This document shows, piece after piece, positions 1 through 8,801 of a DNA stretch of 64,000 nucleotides. The translations under genes were made by a program, and so were the position numbers. Each line of letters begins with the position of its first letter. Position 1 is the stretch's first letter. Origin of the DNA: Clostridiales bacterium UBA5446 (GTDB lineage Bacteria > Bacillota > Clostridia > Oscillospirales > Oscillospiraceae). The notes under the pieces are model-generated. The model did no database searches. It was given only the letters and a program-made list of their open reading frames with translations, and was not told the DNA's origin. The stretch lies in NCBI GenBank assembly GCA_002427465.1, contig DIRC01000018.1, forward strand, positions 3,671-67,670, written 5' to 3'.

Positions 1-1538
1 CCATCGCGCGGATAGATAACCCCGATGTGGTGTATAAAAACGATAACGGCAAAAACCGGGCAATCATCGCCCAGATCGCCGCCTGCCACGAAAAGGGCCA
101 GCCTGTCCTTGTGGGCACAATCTCTATAGAAAAAAGCGAGTTCATTTCCTCCCTGCTGAAAAAGCGCGGCATTGCGCACAATGTGCTGAACGCCAAGCAG
201 CATGACCGGGAGGCGGAGATCGTGGCCCAGGCGGGCAAGCTGGGTGCGGTGACAATCGCCACGAACATGGCGGGCCGCGGCACGGACATCATGCTGGGGG
301 GCAATCCGGAATACCTAGCCAAGACCGACCTGCGCAAAGCGGGCTTTGACGAGGAGGCCATTGCGGAGGCGGCGGGCTTTGCCGAAACGCAGGATGAGAA
401 TATTCTGGCGGCAAGGCAGAGCTTTGCCGAGAGGCTGGCTTTCCACAGGGAAGTGACCAACGCTGAGGCGGAAAAAGTCAGGGCCGCCGGCGGGCTGTTT
501 ATTCTCGGCACGGAGCGCCACGAGTCCCGGCGGATCGACAACCAGCTTCGCGGCCGCGCCGGCCGCCAGGGGGACCCGGGCGAAAGCCGGTTCTTTATTG
601 CCATGACGGACGACATCATGCGCCTTTTCGGCTCGGAGCGGGTCATGGGCATGATGGAATCCCTGGGCGTAGACGAGGATATGCCCCTGGATCAGAAAAT
701 GCTTTCCAGCGCCATCGAGCAGGCACAGAAGACGGTGGAGAGCCGCAACTTCCAAACCCGCAAAAACGTGCTGGAATACGACGACGTGATGAACGTCCAG
801 CGAAACGTGATCTACGAGGAGCGCCGCAAGGTGCTGGACGGCGAGGATCTTCAGGCCAGCGTCCGCGGGATGATAGAGGAATATGTCAGGACAACGGTGG
901 CGGACGGGCTTGGCGGAGCCGAGCAGCCGGACAGGAAAACCATAAACGAGGCTTTGTCGCCCTTCGGAAGGCTTTTCCTGCAGCCCGGCGACCTGCGGGT
1001 CGGCGAGGATCAGATGCACGCGCTTACGGCTGACGGGCTTGCCGATATGGTTCTTGAAAAGGCAATGTCCTTTTACGACGCCAAGGAAAAAACTTTGGGC
1101 CTGATGCCCACCGGCGTGCCGCTTATCCGGGAACTGGAGCGTGTGGTCATGCTACGGGTAGTGGACGAATATTGGATGGAGCATCTTGACGCCATGACCG
1201 AACTTCGCAGGGGAATCGGACTGCGGGGATACGGAAATATAAAGCCTGTGGACGCCTATAAGCAGGAGGGCTTCGAGCGGTTTGAGACCATGGTGGCTGG
1301 GATACGCACGGAGACTGTCAGGCGCCTGTTCATGGCGCAGATCAGGAAGGAAGACAAGCTGGAGCGCAAGAGCGTTTCCAAAAACGTGGCCACCAGCGGC
1401 GGGGGAGACGCTTCCGTCAAAAAGCAGCCGATGAAAAAAGTGAAAAAGCCCGGCCGCAACGACCCCTGTCCCTGCGGAAAGCTGAGGCCGAACGGCCTGC
1501 CCATGAAATATAAGGACTGCTGCGGAAGGGGCGAGTGA
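1..1538 (+). CDS. secA: Preprotein translocase ATPase SecA, C-terminal part (5' end lies outside the window)
   Basis: Reading frame is open to the window edge. Motifs seen: ATNMAGRGTDI, LFILGTERHESRRIDNQLRGRAGRQGDPG, and a C-terminal Cys-rich zinc finger NDPCPCG...KYKDCCG. Stop TGA at 1536-1538. Confidence 0.95.
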   Translation, partial: IARIDNPDVVYKNDNGKNRAIIAQIAACHEKGQPVLVGTISIEKSEFISSLLKKRGIAHNVLNAKQHDREAEIVAQAGKLGAVTIATNMAGRGTDIMLGGNPEYLAKTDLRKAGFDEEAIAEAAGFAETQDENILAARQSFAERLAFHREVTNAEAEKVRAAGGLFILGTERHESRRIDNQLRGRAGRQGDPGESRFFIAMTDDIMRLFGSERVMGMMESLGVDEDMPLDQKMLSSAIEQAQKTVESRNFQTRKNVLEYDDVMNVQRNVIYEERRKVLDGEDLQASVRGMIEEYVRTTVADGLGGAEQPDRKTINEALSPFGRLFLQPGDLRVGEDQMHALTADGLADMVLEKAMSFYDAKEKTLGLMPTGVPLIRELERVVMLRVVDEYWMEHLDAMTELRRGIGLRGYGNIKPVDAYKQEGFERFETMVAGIRTETVRRLFMAQIRKEDKLERKSVSKNVATSGGGDASVKKQPMKKVKKPGRNDPCPCGKLRPNGLPMKYKDCCGRGE

Positions 1539-1681
1539 TAAACGCGTCTTTTTCGCCTCGTGCTGCATTTTGGACGCCCGCAGTATCTTTATATAAATTT
1601 GCGTCAGCGCTTTTGCCTGAGCCGAAAATCCTGCGTTTATGCTGCGGAAGGCGTTTCGTGCCGTCCGCCACAGGAGGTGCC

Positions 1682-2485
1682 ATGACCGATTTCATCAAAA
1701 ACGAAAAAAATGGCGTGGTGTTCCTGACCGCGCCCACCATCACGGTCAGGCACGGGTTCACGACCCGCGCGGGCGGTGTCAGCGGGGGAAATTTTGCCTC
1801 GCTGAACCTGAGCTACGGCAGGGGAGACCCGGCGGAGAACGTGACGGCCAATTACCGCCTGCTGGGGCGGGCCCTTTCCATAAACGTGTTTTCCGCGGCC
1901 TTCACCAAGCAGGTTCACGGGGCCGAGGTGCGGATTTGCACCGACGCGGACAGGGCCGCGCCCGGAGACCCCACGCCATATGAGGCCGACGGGCTGGTGA
2001 CGAATGTTCCCGGCCTGCCACTTCTGGCATTCACCGCGGACTGCGTGCCTGTGCTGCTGCATGACCCGGCGGCGAAGGTTGCGGCGGCGGTTCACTGCGG
2101 CTGGCGCAGCTCGGTTATGGACATCCTGGGAACGGCCGTGGAAAAGATGGCGTCCCTGGGCTCCGTGCCGGCGGATATCCGGGCGGCCATCGGCCCGGCT
2201 ATCGGTTCCTGCTGTTTTGAAACGGGGGCCGACGTGCCGGAAGCGATCGACGCCTGGCTTGGACGGGACGCGGAAAAGTGCTATTGGCCCGAAGCCGGTG
2301 CTGCCGGGAGATTCATGGTGGATCTCAGGGCCGCGAACCGGCTGAGGCTGATTTGTCTGGGGGTCATGCCGGAGAACATCGCCGTGTCGTCGGAGTGCAC
2401 CAGATGTGCCCCGGATAAATACTGGTCCCATCGTTGGGCAAAGGGCGGAGAGCGCGGTTCCCAGTGTACCGTGATATGCCTGTGA
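1682..2485 (+). CDS. pgeF: Peptidoglycan editing factor PgeF / YfiH (laccase-domain, DUF152 family)
   Basis: ATG at 1682 is preceded by AGGAGG. Motifs RHGFTTRAGGVSGG, ADGL, FTADCVPVLL and VHCGWR are typical of YfiH. The upstream part of ORF 1535.. has no SD and is treated as an artefact. Confidence 0.85.
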   Translation: MTDFIKNEKNGVVFLTAPTITVRHGFTTRAGGVSGGNFASLNLSYGRGDPAENVTANYRLLGRALSINVFSAAFTKQVHGAEVRICTDADRAAPGDPTPYEADGLVTNVPGLPLLAFTADCVPVLLHDPAAKVAAAVHCGWRSSVMDILGTAVEKMASLGSVPADIRAAIGPAIGSCCFETGADVPEAIDAWLGRDAEKCYWPEAGAAGRFMVDLRAANRLRLICLGVMPENIAVSSECTRCAPDKYWSHRWAKGGERGSQCTVICL

Positions 2486-2530
2486 CGCGCCGCGCGGCCG
2501 GGACAGCACACGGATAACGAAAGGTCTGTT

Positions 2531-4126
2531 ATGGATTTACGCAAGTTTAAAAAATTCGGGGCGGTTCTGATTGCCGCCGCCCTGGCGGCGTCCGCAGGGT
2601 GTGCGGACACCGCTGGGGAAAGCCAGGGCGAGGATTATGTGGAGGGGACACTGGCGGGAACAGAGCTGGGCGCCTCCTATGCCGCGGACGACGTCTTTTC
2701 ACTGAATTCCCGCGCCGAAGACGGCTTTAACCCGTATACCACGGTTAATTCCGACAACAGGCTGGTGGGTCAGCTTGTATATGAGAATATCTTTGAGGTG
2801 GACAACGATTTCAGTCTTTCCTCCCGCATCGTCACGGACTGGAAATGCGTTGACGGCACCTATTGGTATTTCACGGTGGACACGGGCATTGTCATGCACG
2901 ACGGCGAGAATCTTACGGCGAAGGATGTATCGTATTCCCTGCAGCAGGCCATCCGGACAAGCCGGTATTCCGGACGGTTTTCCTACGTCTGGGGAGTGTC
3001 CGCCTCCAGCGATACGGAGTTTGCCGTAACCCTTTCAACCCCAAATGAACAGTTCCCGTATCTGCTTACGGTGCCGGTGATCAAATACGGCAGCGTGACG
3101 GAGGACACACCGCCGGGAACCGGGCCTTACCGGTTTTCCGAGGATATGGAAAAGCTGGAGGTTTTCAGCGATTATCCCGGATGGCAGGAAATGCCTGTGG
3201 ACACGATCGGGCTTGTGTCATACGATTCTACCGAAGACACCATCACGGCCTATGAGGACTCGTATATCGACCTGGTGGTCAACGATCCCTCCGGCATAAC
3301 CAATCTGGGATATGGCGGGAATAACGACACGCGCTATTATATCACGAACAACATGCACTATCTGGCTTTCAACATGGATACCGGGGCCACTGATTTTCTG
3401 CGGTACAGCAGCTACAGATACGCGCTCCAGTATGCGGTGGACAGGGAATACGCCGCCAAGACCCTGATGAAAGGTGCGGCCGTGGCCTCGGCGCTGCCGA
3501 TTTCGCCGAGAAGCCCGCTGTATGACGGGGTGTATGCCTCAAACTTCGCTTATGACCTTGACCGCTGCCTGCTCATCCTCAACAATTCCGGTGCGCAGGA
3601 CTACGACGGGGACGGCAAGCTGGAATACATGGTCACCGGGATACCTATGGAGATCAGCCTGGATTTTATCGTATGCAGCGAAGCCAGCGGGAAAGCGGAC
3701 GTGGCCAAGAAGTTTGCCTCGGATCTGGCTGGCATAGGCGTCACGGTCAACGTGCATGAGTTGTCCTGGGACGATTATACCGCGGCTGTGGCAAACGGGG
3801 ACTTCGACATCTACTATGGCGAGGTGAAGCTGACCGCGGATTTCAGCCTTACCCGTCTGCTGACGGAGAACGGAGACCTGAATTACTGCGGGATTGACGA
3901 TCCCACATACGGTGAATACATTAACCAATATCTTGCCGCCGGCGACGATATGCGGCAGAACTGCTGCGACATCATGCTGAAGTATATTAACGACACCGCG
4001 CCGATCATACCGATCTGTTTCGAGCGGCAGGAGGTCATCACCCACAGGAATGTGGTCTCGGGGCTGGATCCCAGTCAGTATAACGTGTTTTTCAATATTG
4101 GTAATTGGACAATCAATTATGAATAA
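2531..4126 (+). CDS. ABC-transporter substrate-binding lipoprotein, family 5 (oligopeptide/nickel type), with no adjacent permease or ATPase genes
   Basis: Signal peptide with lipobox AASAGC. Length of 531 aa and overall similarity to SBP_bac_5 proteins, from recollection. Confidence 0.75.
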   Translation: MDLRKFKKFGAVLIAAALAASAGCADTAGESQGEDYVEGTLAGTELGASYAADDVFSLNSRAEDGFNPYTTVNSDNRLVGQLVYENIFEVDNDFSLSSRIVTDWKCVDGTYWYFTVDTGIVMHDGENLTAKDVSYSLQQAIRTSRYSGRFSYVWGVSASSDTEFAVTLSTPNEQFPYLLTVPVIKYGSVTEDTPPGTGPYRFSEDMEKLEVFSDYPGWQEMPVDTIGLVSYDSTEDTITAYEDSYIDLVVNDPSGITNLGYGGNNDTRYYITNNMHYLAFNMDTGATDFLRYSSYRYALQYAVDREYAAKTLMKGAAVASALPISPRSPLYDGVYASNFAYDLDRCLLILNNSGAQDYDGDGKLEYMVTGIPMEISLDFIVCSEASGKADVAKKFASDLAGIGVTVNVHELSWDDYTAAVANGDFDIYYGEVKLTADFSLTRLLTENGDLNYCGIDDPTYGEYINQYLAAGDDMRQNCCDIMLKYINDTAPIIPICFERQEVITHRNVVSGLDPSQYNVFFNIGNWTINYE

Positions 4127-4139
4127 GGAGTGCGTGGAT

Positions 4140-4520
4140 ATGACGGACAGAGAGCTTATGGCCCTTGCTGCAAAAGCGGCAAAAAATGCCTATGCCCCAT
4201 ACTCGCGTTTTCAGGTGGGCGCGGCCCTGGAGTGCGACGACGGCAGCGTGTATACCGGCTGCAATGTGGAGAACGCTGCGCTGGGAAGCACCATATGCGC
4301 GGAGCGTTCCGCCGCATGCAGGGCCGTCGCCGAGGGGCATACCCGATTTGCCAGAATTGCGGTCTGGGCCGAGGGAAACGACTACTGTATGCCCTGCGGC
4401 GCCTGCCGCCAGTTTCTAATGGAGTTTTCGCCGGATATGGAGGTGCTCAGCGCCAAAGCCGGCGGCCGGTATGTGAGCTATAAGCTCGATCAGCTTCTGC
4501 CCCACGCGTTTAAGTACTGA
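4140..4520 (+). CDS. cdd: Cytidine deaminase
   Basis: AAGGAG SD lies 7 nt before ATG 4140. Zinc-ligand motifs CAERSA and PCGACRQ are present. About 126 aa. Confidence 0.9.
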   Translation: MTDRELMALAAKAAKNAYAPYSRFQVGAALECDDGSVYTGCNVENAALGSTICAERSAACRAVAEGHTRFARIAVWAEGNDYCMPCGACRQFLMEFSPDMEVLSAKAGGRYVSYKLDQLLPHAFKY

Positions 4521-4529
4521 TTGACGGGC

Positions 4530-4820
4530 ATGGAACTGGAACAGATAAAGATATTTGCGGCCGCTGCCGACGCGGGCAGCTTCTCAAAGGCTGCCGCCAG
4601 GCTGTATGTCAGCCATTCAACGGTGTCCCGGGCAGTGTCGGCGCTTGAAAGGGAGCTTGGGACGCGCCTGTTTGAGCGCGACTGCCGGGGCGTGGTGCCG
4701 ACCCGGGCGGGAAAGGCGCTTTTGGAGGGCGGAAAGGCGCTTCTGGCCGAGGCCGATTTTTTGAAGCAGCGGGTTGCGGAAAAGGGAGAAAAGATATGCA
4801 CAGATACAGCAAGACGGTAA
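4530..4820 (+). CDS. LysR-family N-terminal HTH plus linker helix only (truncated regulator, about 96 aa; possibly a gene remnant)
   Basis: MELEQIKIFAAAADAGSFSKAAARLYVSHSTVSRAVSALERELGTRLFER is a canonical LysR wHTH. The ORF stops where the effector-binding domain should begin. Its 3' end overlaps the next gene by 25 nt. Confidence 0.6.
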   Translation: MELEQIKIFAAAADAGSFSKAAARLYVSHSTVSRAVSALERELGTRLFERDCRGVVPTRAGKALLEGGKALLAEADFLKQRVAEKGEKICTDTARR

Positions 4821-6022
4821 GGATCGCCGTGCTGGTTCTGGTTGTTGCCGCGATTGCGCTGCAGCTGCCTGCGTCGGCTTTTGGTGTGGACACGTCATTT
4901 TCTGATGTTCCCAGCGGCGAATGGTATTCCGGCTATGTCCAGAAGTGCGCCATGCTCGGCATCATCGACGGATACGGCGACGGAACGTTTAAGCCGGGCC
5001 AGTCTCTGAAGCGCGGCGAATTTATCAAGATGCTGGCGGCTTCCATTGAGGAGAGCTACTCCACCACGAAGCTGAAAGGCGTCCACTGGGCGGAATATTA
5101 CTGGAATGTCCTGAATGAATTCGGCGTGCTTGAGGATGTGGGCATACCCTGTACATACGCCGCACTGGAGCAGACGATCACCCGTTATGAGATGGCGGCG
5201 CTTATCAGAAATACACTATATAATGTATATGGCGAGAATACTATGGAGGTGGCGTCACCCGAAACGAATATCGGGGACTATTCCGTCATCGGCATGGCAT
5301 ACCGCAGCGCGGTGGAGCAGGCCTACGGCAAGGGTATACTTGGCGGTATAGACGCCAAGGGCAGCTTCGGCGGCGATTATTCCCTGACCCGGGCACAGGC
5401 CGCGAAGGTTATCGTCTGCCTGCTTTGGCCCAGCGAACGGCAGGCCGTCTCCTTTGCCACGGAAGTGCTGCCCGTTATCGACGCGAAGGATTCCTTTGCC
5501 TTCAGTTACCGGAATATGACCACCGCGGAGCGGCGCCTGGCCCTTTTTGGCGACGCCAACAAGAGCTATTTCACCAGCGCTTCGGACGCGGGAAACCGTA
5601 TCGTAACGGTGGAGGTCAAGACCTGGGATATTAATTCCAGCGGTGTGAAATATACGCGGACCTGGTACGTTCAGGTGAATGCCGTTGTGGCGGATGAGGT
5701 CAAGGCAATTTTCGAGGAGATCTATAACGATCCCGAGCGGTTCCCGATTAAGGCCCTGGGCGGCGCCAGGTACAGCGATACGCTCCGCCATTCCTGGGGC
5801 TGCGCCATTGACATTAACCCCACGGAAAACTACTATATTAACTATTCCACCGGCGCGACCGTGGGCAGTTATTGCTGGAAGACCAGCGACAGCCCGTATT
5901 GCATCAGGCCGGAATCCAGCGTGGTCAGGGCCTTCGCCAAATATGGCTGGGGCTGGGGCGGCCAGGGCTGGACCAGTGCGGTGGACTATATGCACTTTTC
6001 CATCCTGGCCTCCGGCGGCTGA
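4796..6022 (+). CDS. Secreted SLH-domain protein with C-terminal M15/LAS-type (VanY-like) peptidoglycan peptidase domain
   Basis: Signal peptide ends ...LPASAFG. SLH repeats are present (FSDVPSGEWYSGYV..., ...YSLTRAQAAKVIVCL). C-terminal HSWGCAID (H-x6-D) and DYMHFS zinc-ligand motifs. GGGAG SD before ATG 4796. Confidence 0.8.
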   Translation: MHRYSKTVRIAVLVLVVAAIALQLPASAFGVDTSFSDVPSGEWYSGYVQKCAMLGIIDGYGDGTFKPGQSLKRGEFIKMLAASIEESYSTTKLKGVHWAEYYWNVLNEFGVLEDVGIPCTYAALEQTITRYEMAALIRNTLYNVYGENTMEVASPETNIGDYSVIGMAYRSAVEQAYGKGILGGIDAKGSFGGDYSLTRAQAAKVIVCLLWPSERQAVSFATEVLPVIDAKDSFAFSYRNMTTAERRLALFGDANKSYFTSASDAGNRIVTVEVKTWDINSSGVKYTRTWYVQVNAVVADEVKAIFEEIYNDPERFPIKALGGARYSDTLRHSWGCAIDINPTENYYINYSTGATVGSYCWKTSDSPYCIRPESSVVRAFAKYGWGWGGQGWTSAVDYMHFSILASGG

Positions 6023-6112
6023 CGGCGTCGGAAGAAACTCCGCTCCATTCCGGCCCGGCCGTGCGCTTCGCGGCAGCCAAGCCATCCATTCCGCTGTGTT
6101 CTTCCTCCTTTT

Positions 6113-6138
6113 CCCTGCGAAGCAGCCGCTTCGCAGGG
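6113..6138 (+). terminator. GC-rich hairpin downstream of the SLH/M15 gene (possible terminator)
   Basis: Perfect 10-bp stem CCCTGCGAAG / CTTCGCAGGG with a 6-nt loop. The nearest T-run (6161-6165) is not adjacent, so this is weak as an intrinsic terminator. Confidence 0.3.
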
Positions 6139-6283
6139 AGGGGACGGGGGGGCGTGGGGGTTTTTGGCGCAGGGCGCTATCCATTGCGAAGGGCGGGGCG
6201 ATGTTTTTTTGCCGGGAAAACCGGAATATGGTAATCCTGAATAAAAAAAGCGAAAAAATTTTGTGATTTGCCGGGAATACCTC

Positions 6284-6312
6284 TTGACACCGGGAGGTAT
6301 TCCTGTTATTGT
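6284..6312 (+). promoter_or_regulatory. Sigma-A type promoter candidate for the S10 operon
   Basis: TTGACA (6284-6289), 17-bp spacer, TATTGT (6307-6312). This is the only good -35/-10 pair seen upstream of rpsJ. Confidence 0.5.
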
Positions 6313-6642
6313 ATCAAAGCGCCTTTCCGAAGGAAGGGCGAACTATGCGGTGAAGCGGGAGATTGCGGGACGGTTTTGGAAGGCATAATAGGCCTTTCGG
6401 CCAACCAATCCCGGTAACTTTCGTGGAGTATGTCCGGCGCAGCCTCACCGGCGGCGCGGAATCGGGCGGCTGAGACATTTTTTGTGCACGCGTATATCGT
6501 CTGAACGGTGAATGCGCCGGCCAAATGAGCCGGTTTGTTTTTCGGCCAGAGCCTGATACGCACGGCTGTGTGTATAAAAAAGATTCTCACCGTACCACTG
6601 GCGGCGAATGCCGACCAAGTACGAAATTCAGGAGGAAAAAGT
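6313..6642 (+). promoter_or_regulatory. Long (about 330 nt) 5' leader of the S10 operon with two hairpin plus U-tract elements
   Basis: Hairpin CAGCC...GGCTG (6440-6472) is followed by ACATTTTTTTG. Hairpin GCCGGC-CAAATGA-GCCGGT (6516-6534) is followed by TTGTTTTTT. AGGAGGA SD precedes rpsJ. Confidence 0.4.
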
Positions 6643-6963
6643 ATGGCAGCGACACAGAGCAAAAAAATGATCCGTATCAGGCTGAAGGCTTACGACCACC
6701 AACTTATCGACAAGGCGGCCGAGACGATCGTCGAGACGGCGAAGCGTACGGAGGCCAAAGTATCCGGCCCCATTCCACTGCCGACCAAGACGGAGATTGT
6801 CACCATCCTGCGCGCGGTGCACAAATATAAGGACAGCCGCGAGCAGTTCGAGCGCCGCACACATAAGCGCCTGATCGATATTGTCAATCCGACCCAAAAA
6901 ACCGTGGAGGCCCTGATGTCCCTGGAGCTTCCCGCAGGCGTCGAAATCGAGATCAAGCTCTGA
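6643..6963 (+). CDS. rpsJ: 30S ribosomal protein S10
   Basis: [23 protein letters not shown]... SD AGGAGGA. First gene of the conserved S10 cluster. Confidence 0.98.
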   Translation: MAATQSKKMIRIRLKAYDHQLIDKAAETIVETAKRTEAKVSGPIPLPTKTEIVTILRAVHKYKDSREQFERRTHKRLIDIVNPTQKTVEALMSLELPAGVEIEIKL

Positions 6964-7123
6964 GACCTATCCGGCGCGCAGCCCCTTGCGTGCAAATTAA
7001 CAGTCAGCAACCCCAATGCCCGCAACTTGCGTAAGCGGGCAGGGTCAAGTCGGGAGCCACCGGCGCGGGAGCCAATGCCCTCTGCCATGCGACCCGACCA
7101 ATAACCGACAGGAGGATATATAT

Positions 7124-7849
7124 ATGAAGAAAGCCATCATCGGCAAGAAGGTCGGCATGACGCAGATCTTCGATGAGGCGGGAAAGGTAGTTCCGGTTAC
7201 CGTGATCGAGGCCGGCCCCTGCGTGGTCGTCCAGAAGAAAACGGCGGACAAGGAAGGCTACGCTTCCGTCCAGCTCGGCTATGAAGACATTGCCGAGAAA
7301 AAGCTCTCCAAGCCTGAAAAGGGTCACATGGACAAGGCTGGGGCAGGTTACAAGAAACACCTTCACGAGTTTAGGATTCAGGACGGTTCGACCATTAATG
7401 TGGGCGATGTTCTAAAGGCAAACGTTTTTGCCGAGGGCGATAAGGTGGACGTTACGGGGATCAGCAAAGGCAAGGGTTACGCCGGTGTCATCAAGCGCTG
7501 GCACGCCCAGCGGACCCCCACCTCCCACGGCGGCGGCCCGGTTCACCGTCACGCGGGCTCCATGGGCAGCGCCACGGATGCGTCCCGTATTTTCCCGGGA
7601 AAGATCGGAGCCGGCCAGATGGGCAACGAACAGGTGACCGTACAGAATCTTGACATTGTCAAGGTAGATCCGGAGCTGAACATGATCGTTGTCCGCGGCG
7701 CCATTCCCGGGCCCAAGGGCGGGATAGTATACCTTAAAGATACGGTTAAACATTACAGTGCCCGTGTGGCTGCCGCCAGCGGCAGCGCGAACCCGCAGAA
7801 GGCCTCCGCAAGGGTTAACCCACAGAAGGCTTCCGCCAAAAGAGGCTAA
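7124..7849 (+). CDS. rplC: 50S ribosomal protein L3 (with about 31-aa C-terminal repeat extension)
   Basis: [33 protein letters not shown]... SD AGGAGGA before ATG 7124. Confidence 0.97.
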   Translation: MKKAIIGKKVGMTQIFDEAGKVVPVTVIEAGPCVVVQKKTADKEGYASVQLGYEDIAEKKLSKPEKGHMDKAGAGYKKHLHEFRIQDGSTINVGDVLKANVFAEGDKVDVTGISKGKGYAGVIKRWHAQRTPTSHGGGPVHRHAGSMGSATDASRIFPGKIGAGQMGNEQVTVQNLDIVKVDPELNMIVVRGAIPGPKGGIVYLKDTVKHYSARVAAASGSANPQKASARVNPQKASAKRG

Positions 7850-7866
7850 GAAAGGAGAGAGCATAG

Positions 7867-8490
7867 ATGCCAAAAGCAGCAGTTTACAATATGGCCGGTG
7901 AAAGAATCGGCGAGTACGAGCTCTCCGAAGCCATTTTCGGCATAGAGCCCAACACGGCGGTCATGCATGCGTCCGTCAAAAACTATCTGGCAAACCAGAG
8001 ACAGGGAACCCAATCCGCCCTCACCCGTGCCGAAGTTTCCGGCGGCGGGAGAAAGCCCTGGAGACAGAAGGGGACGGGCCGCGCCCGCGCAGGCAGCACC
8101 CGTGCGCCCCAATGGACCCACGGCGGCGTCGCCTTTGCACCGAAGCCCCGTGATTACAGCTACACGCTGAACAAAAAGATTCGCAGGATCGCCATCAAGA
8201 GCGCGCTTTCCGCAAAGGCCGCGGATAATGCCATTCTGGTGATCGACGGCCTGAAGATCGATGAAATTAAGACCAAGCCCTTTGCCGAATTCCTCGGAAA
8301 GCTCGGCGTTGAAGGCAAAGCCATGGTCGTTACGGAGAAGGTCGACGAATGCGTTGTGAAAAGCGCCCGCAATCTTCCGGGGGTGACCACCACCACCGCC
8401 ACCATTCTTTCCCCGTATGAGATACTGAACAACCGCGCCCTTGTGATCGACAAGTCCGCGCTGCAGAAGATCGAGGAGGTGTTCGCCTGA
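7867..8490 (+). CDS. rplD: 50S ribosomal protein L4
   Basis: Sequence similarity (…[19 protein letters not shown]…) and conserved gene order. Confidence 0.97.
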   Translation: MPKAAVYNMAGERIGEYELSEAIFGIEPNTAVMHASVKNYLANQRQGTQSALTRAEVSGGGRKPWRQKGTGRARAGSTRAPQWTHGGVAFAPKPRDYSYTLNKKIRRIAIKSALSAKAADNAILVIDGLKIDEIKTKPFAEFLGKLGVEGKAMVVTEKVDECVVKSARNLPGVTTTTATILSPYEILNNRALVIDKSALQKIEEVFA

Positions 8491-8786
8491 TGGCCACCGC
8501 ATACGATATCATCATTCGCCCCATCATCACCGAGCAGTCCATGGAAGACCTCGACATCAAAAAGTATGCTTTCGAGGTTGCCAAGGACGCAAACAAGGTC
8601 GAGATTAAAAGGGCTGTCGAAGAAATCTTTGGCGTTAACGTCATTAAAGTTACCACGACCACCGTCAGGGGCAGGAAGAAGCGCACCGGGGCTTACCCCG
8701 TGGGCTATACGAAGACCTGGAAAAAGGCTGTCGTAAAGCTCAGCGAGGATTCCAAGGCCATTGAGATCTTTGAGGGCATGGTATAA
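8490..8786 (+). CDS. rplW: 50S ribosomal protein L23
   Basis: ATGA overlap with the rplD stop. [17 protein letters not shown]... Confidence 0.97.
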   Translation: MATAYDIIIRPIITEQSMEDLDIKKYAFEVAKDANKVEIKRAVEEIFGVNVIKVTTTTVRGRKKRTGAYPVGYTKTWKKAVVKLSEDSKAIEIFEGMV

Positions 8787-8801
8787 GGGAGGAGAGAGAA
8801 A

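Noticed and set aside
6320-6342. Hairpin CGCCTTTCC-GAAG-GAAGGGCG, reminiscent of the GGAA-loop helix 8 of SRP RNA
   Set aside because: It resembles SRP RNA only superficially. It lacks the conserved symmetric and asymmetric loop sequences and the 5' and 3' domains of SRP RNA, and it lies inside the S10 leader.
6535-6642. N-terminal extensions of track ORFs (for example rpsJ from 6535, rplC from 7016, rpmC from 11466, rplF from 14017, map from 18100, rpoA from 20885, DUF1934 from 24284, rarA from 43796, ylmC to 47805, spoVAC to 22893)
   Set aside because: In each case an internal ATG preceded by a good SD reproduces the conserved N-terminus of the family. The extensions overlap the upstream gene or non-coding leader.
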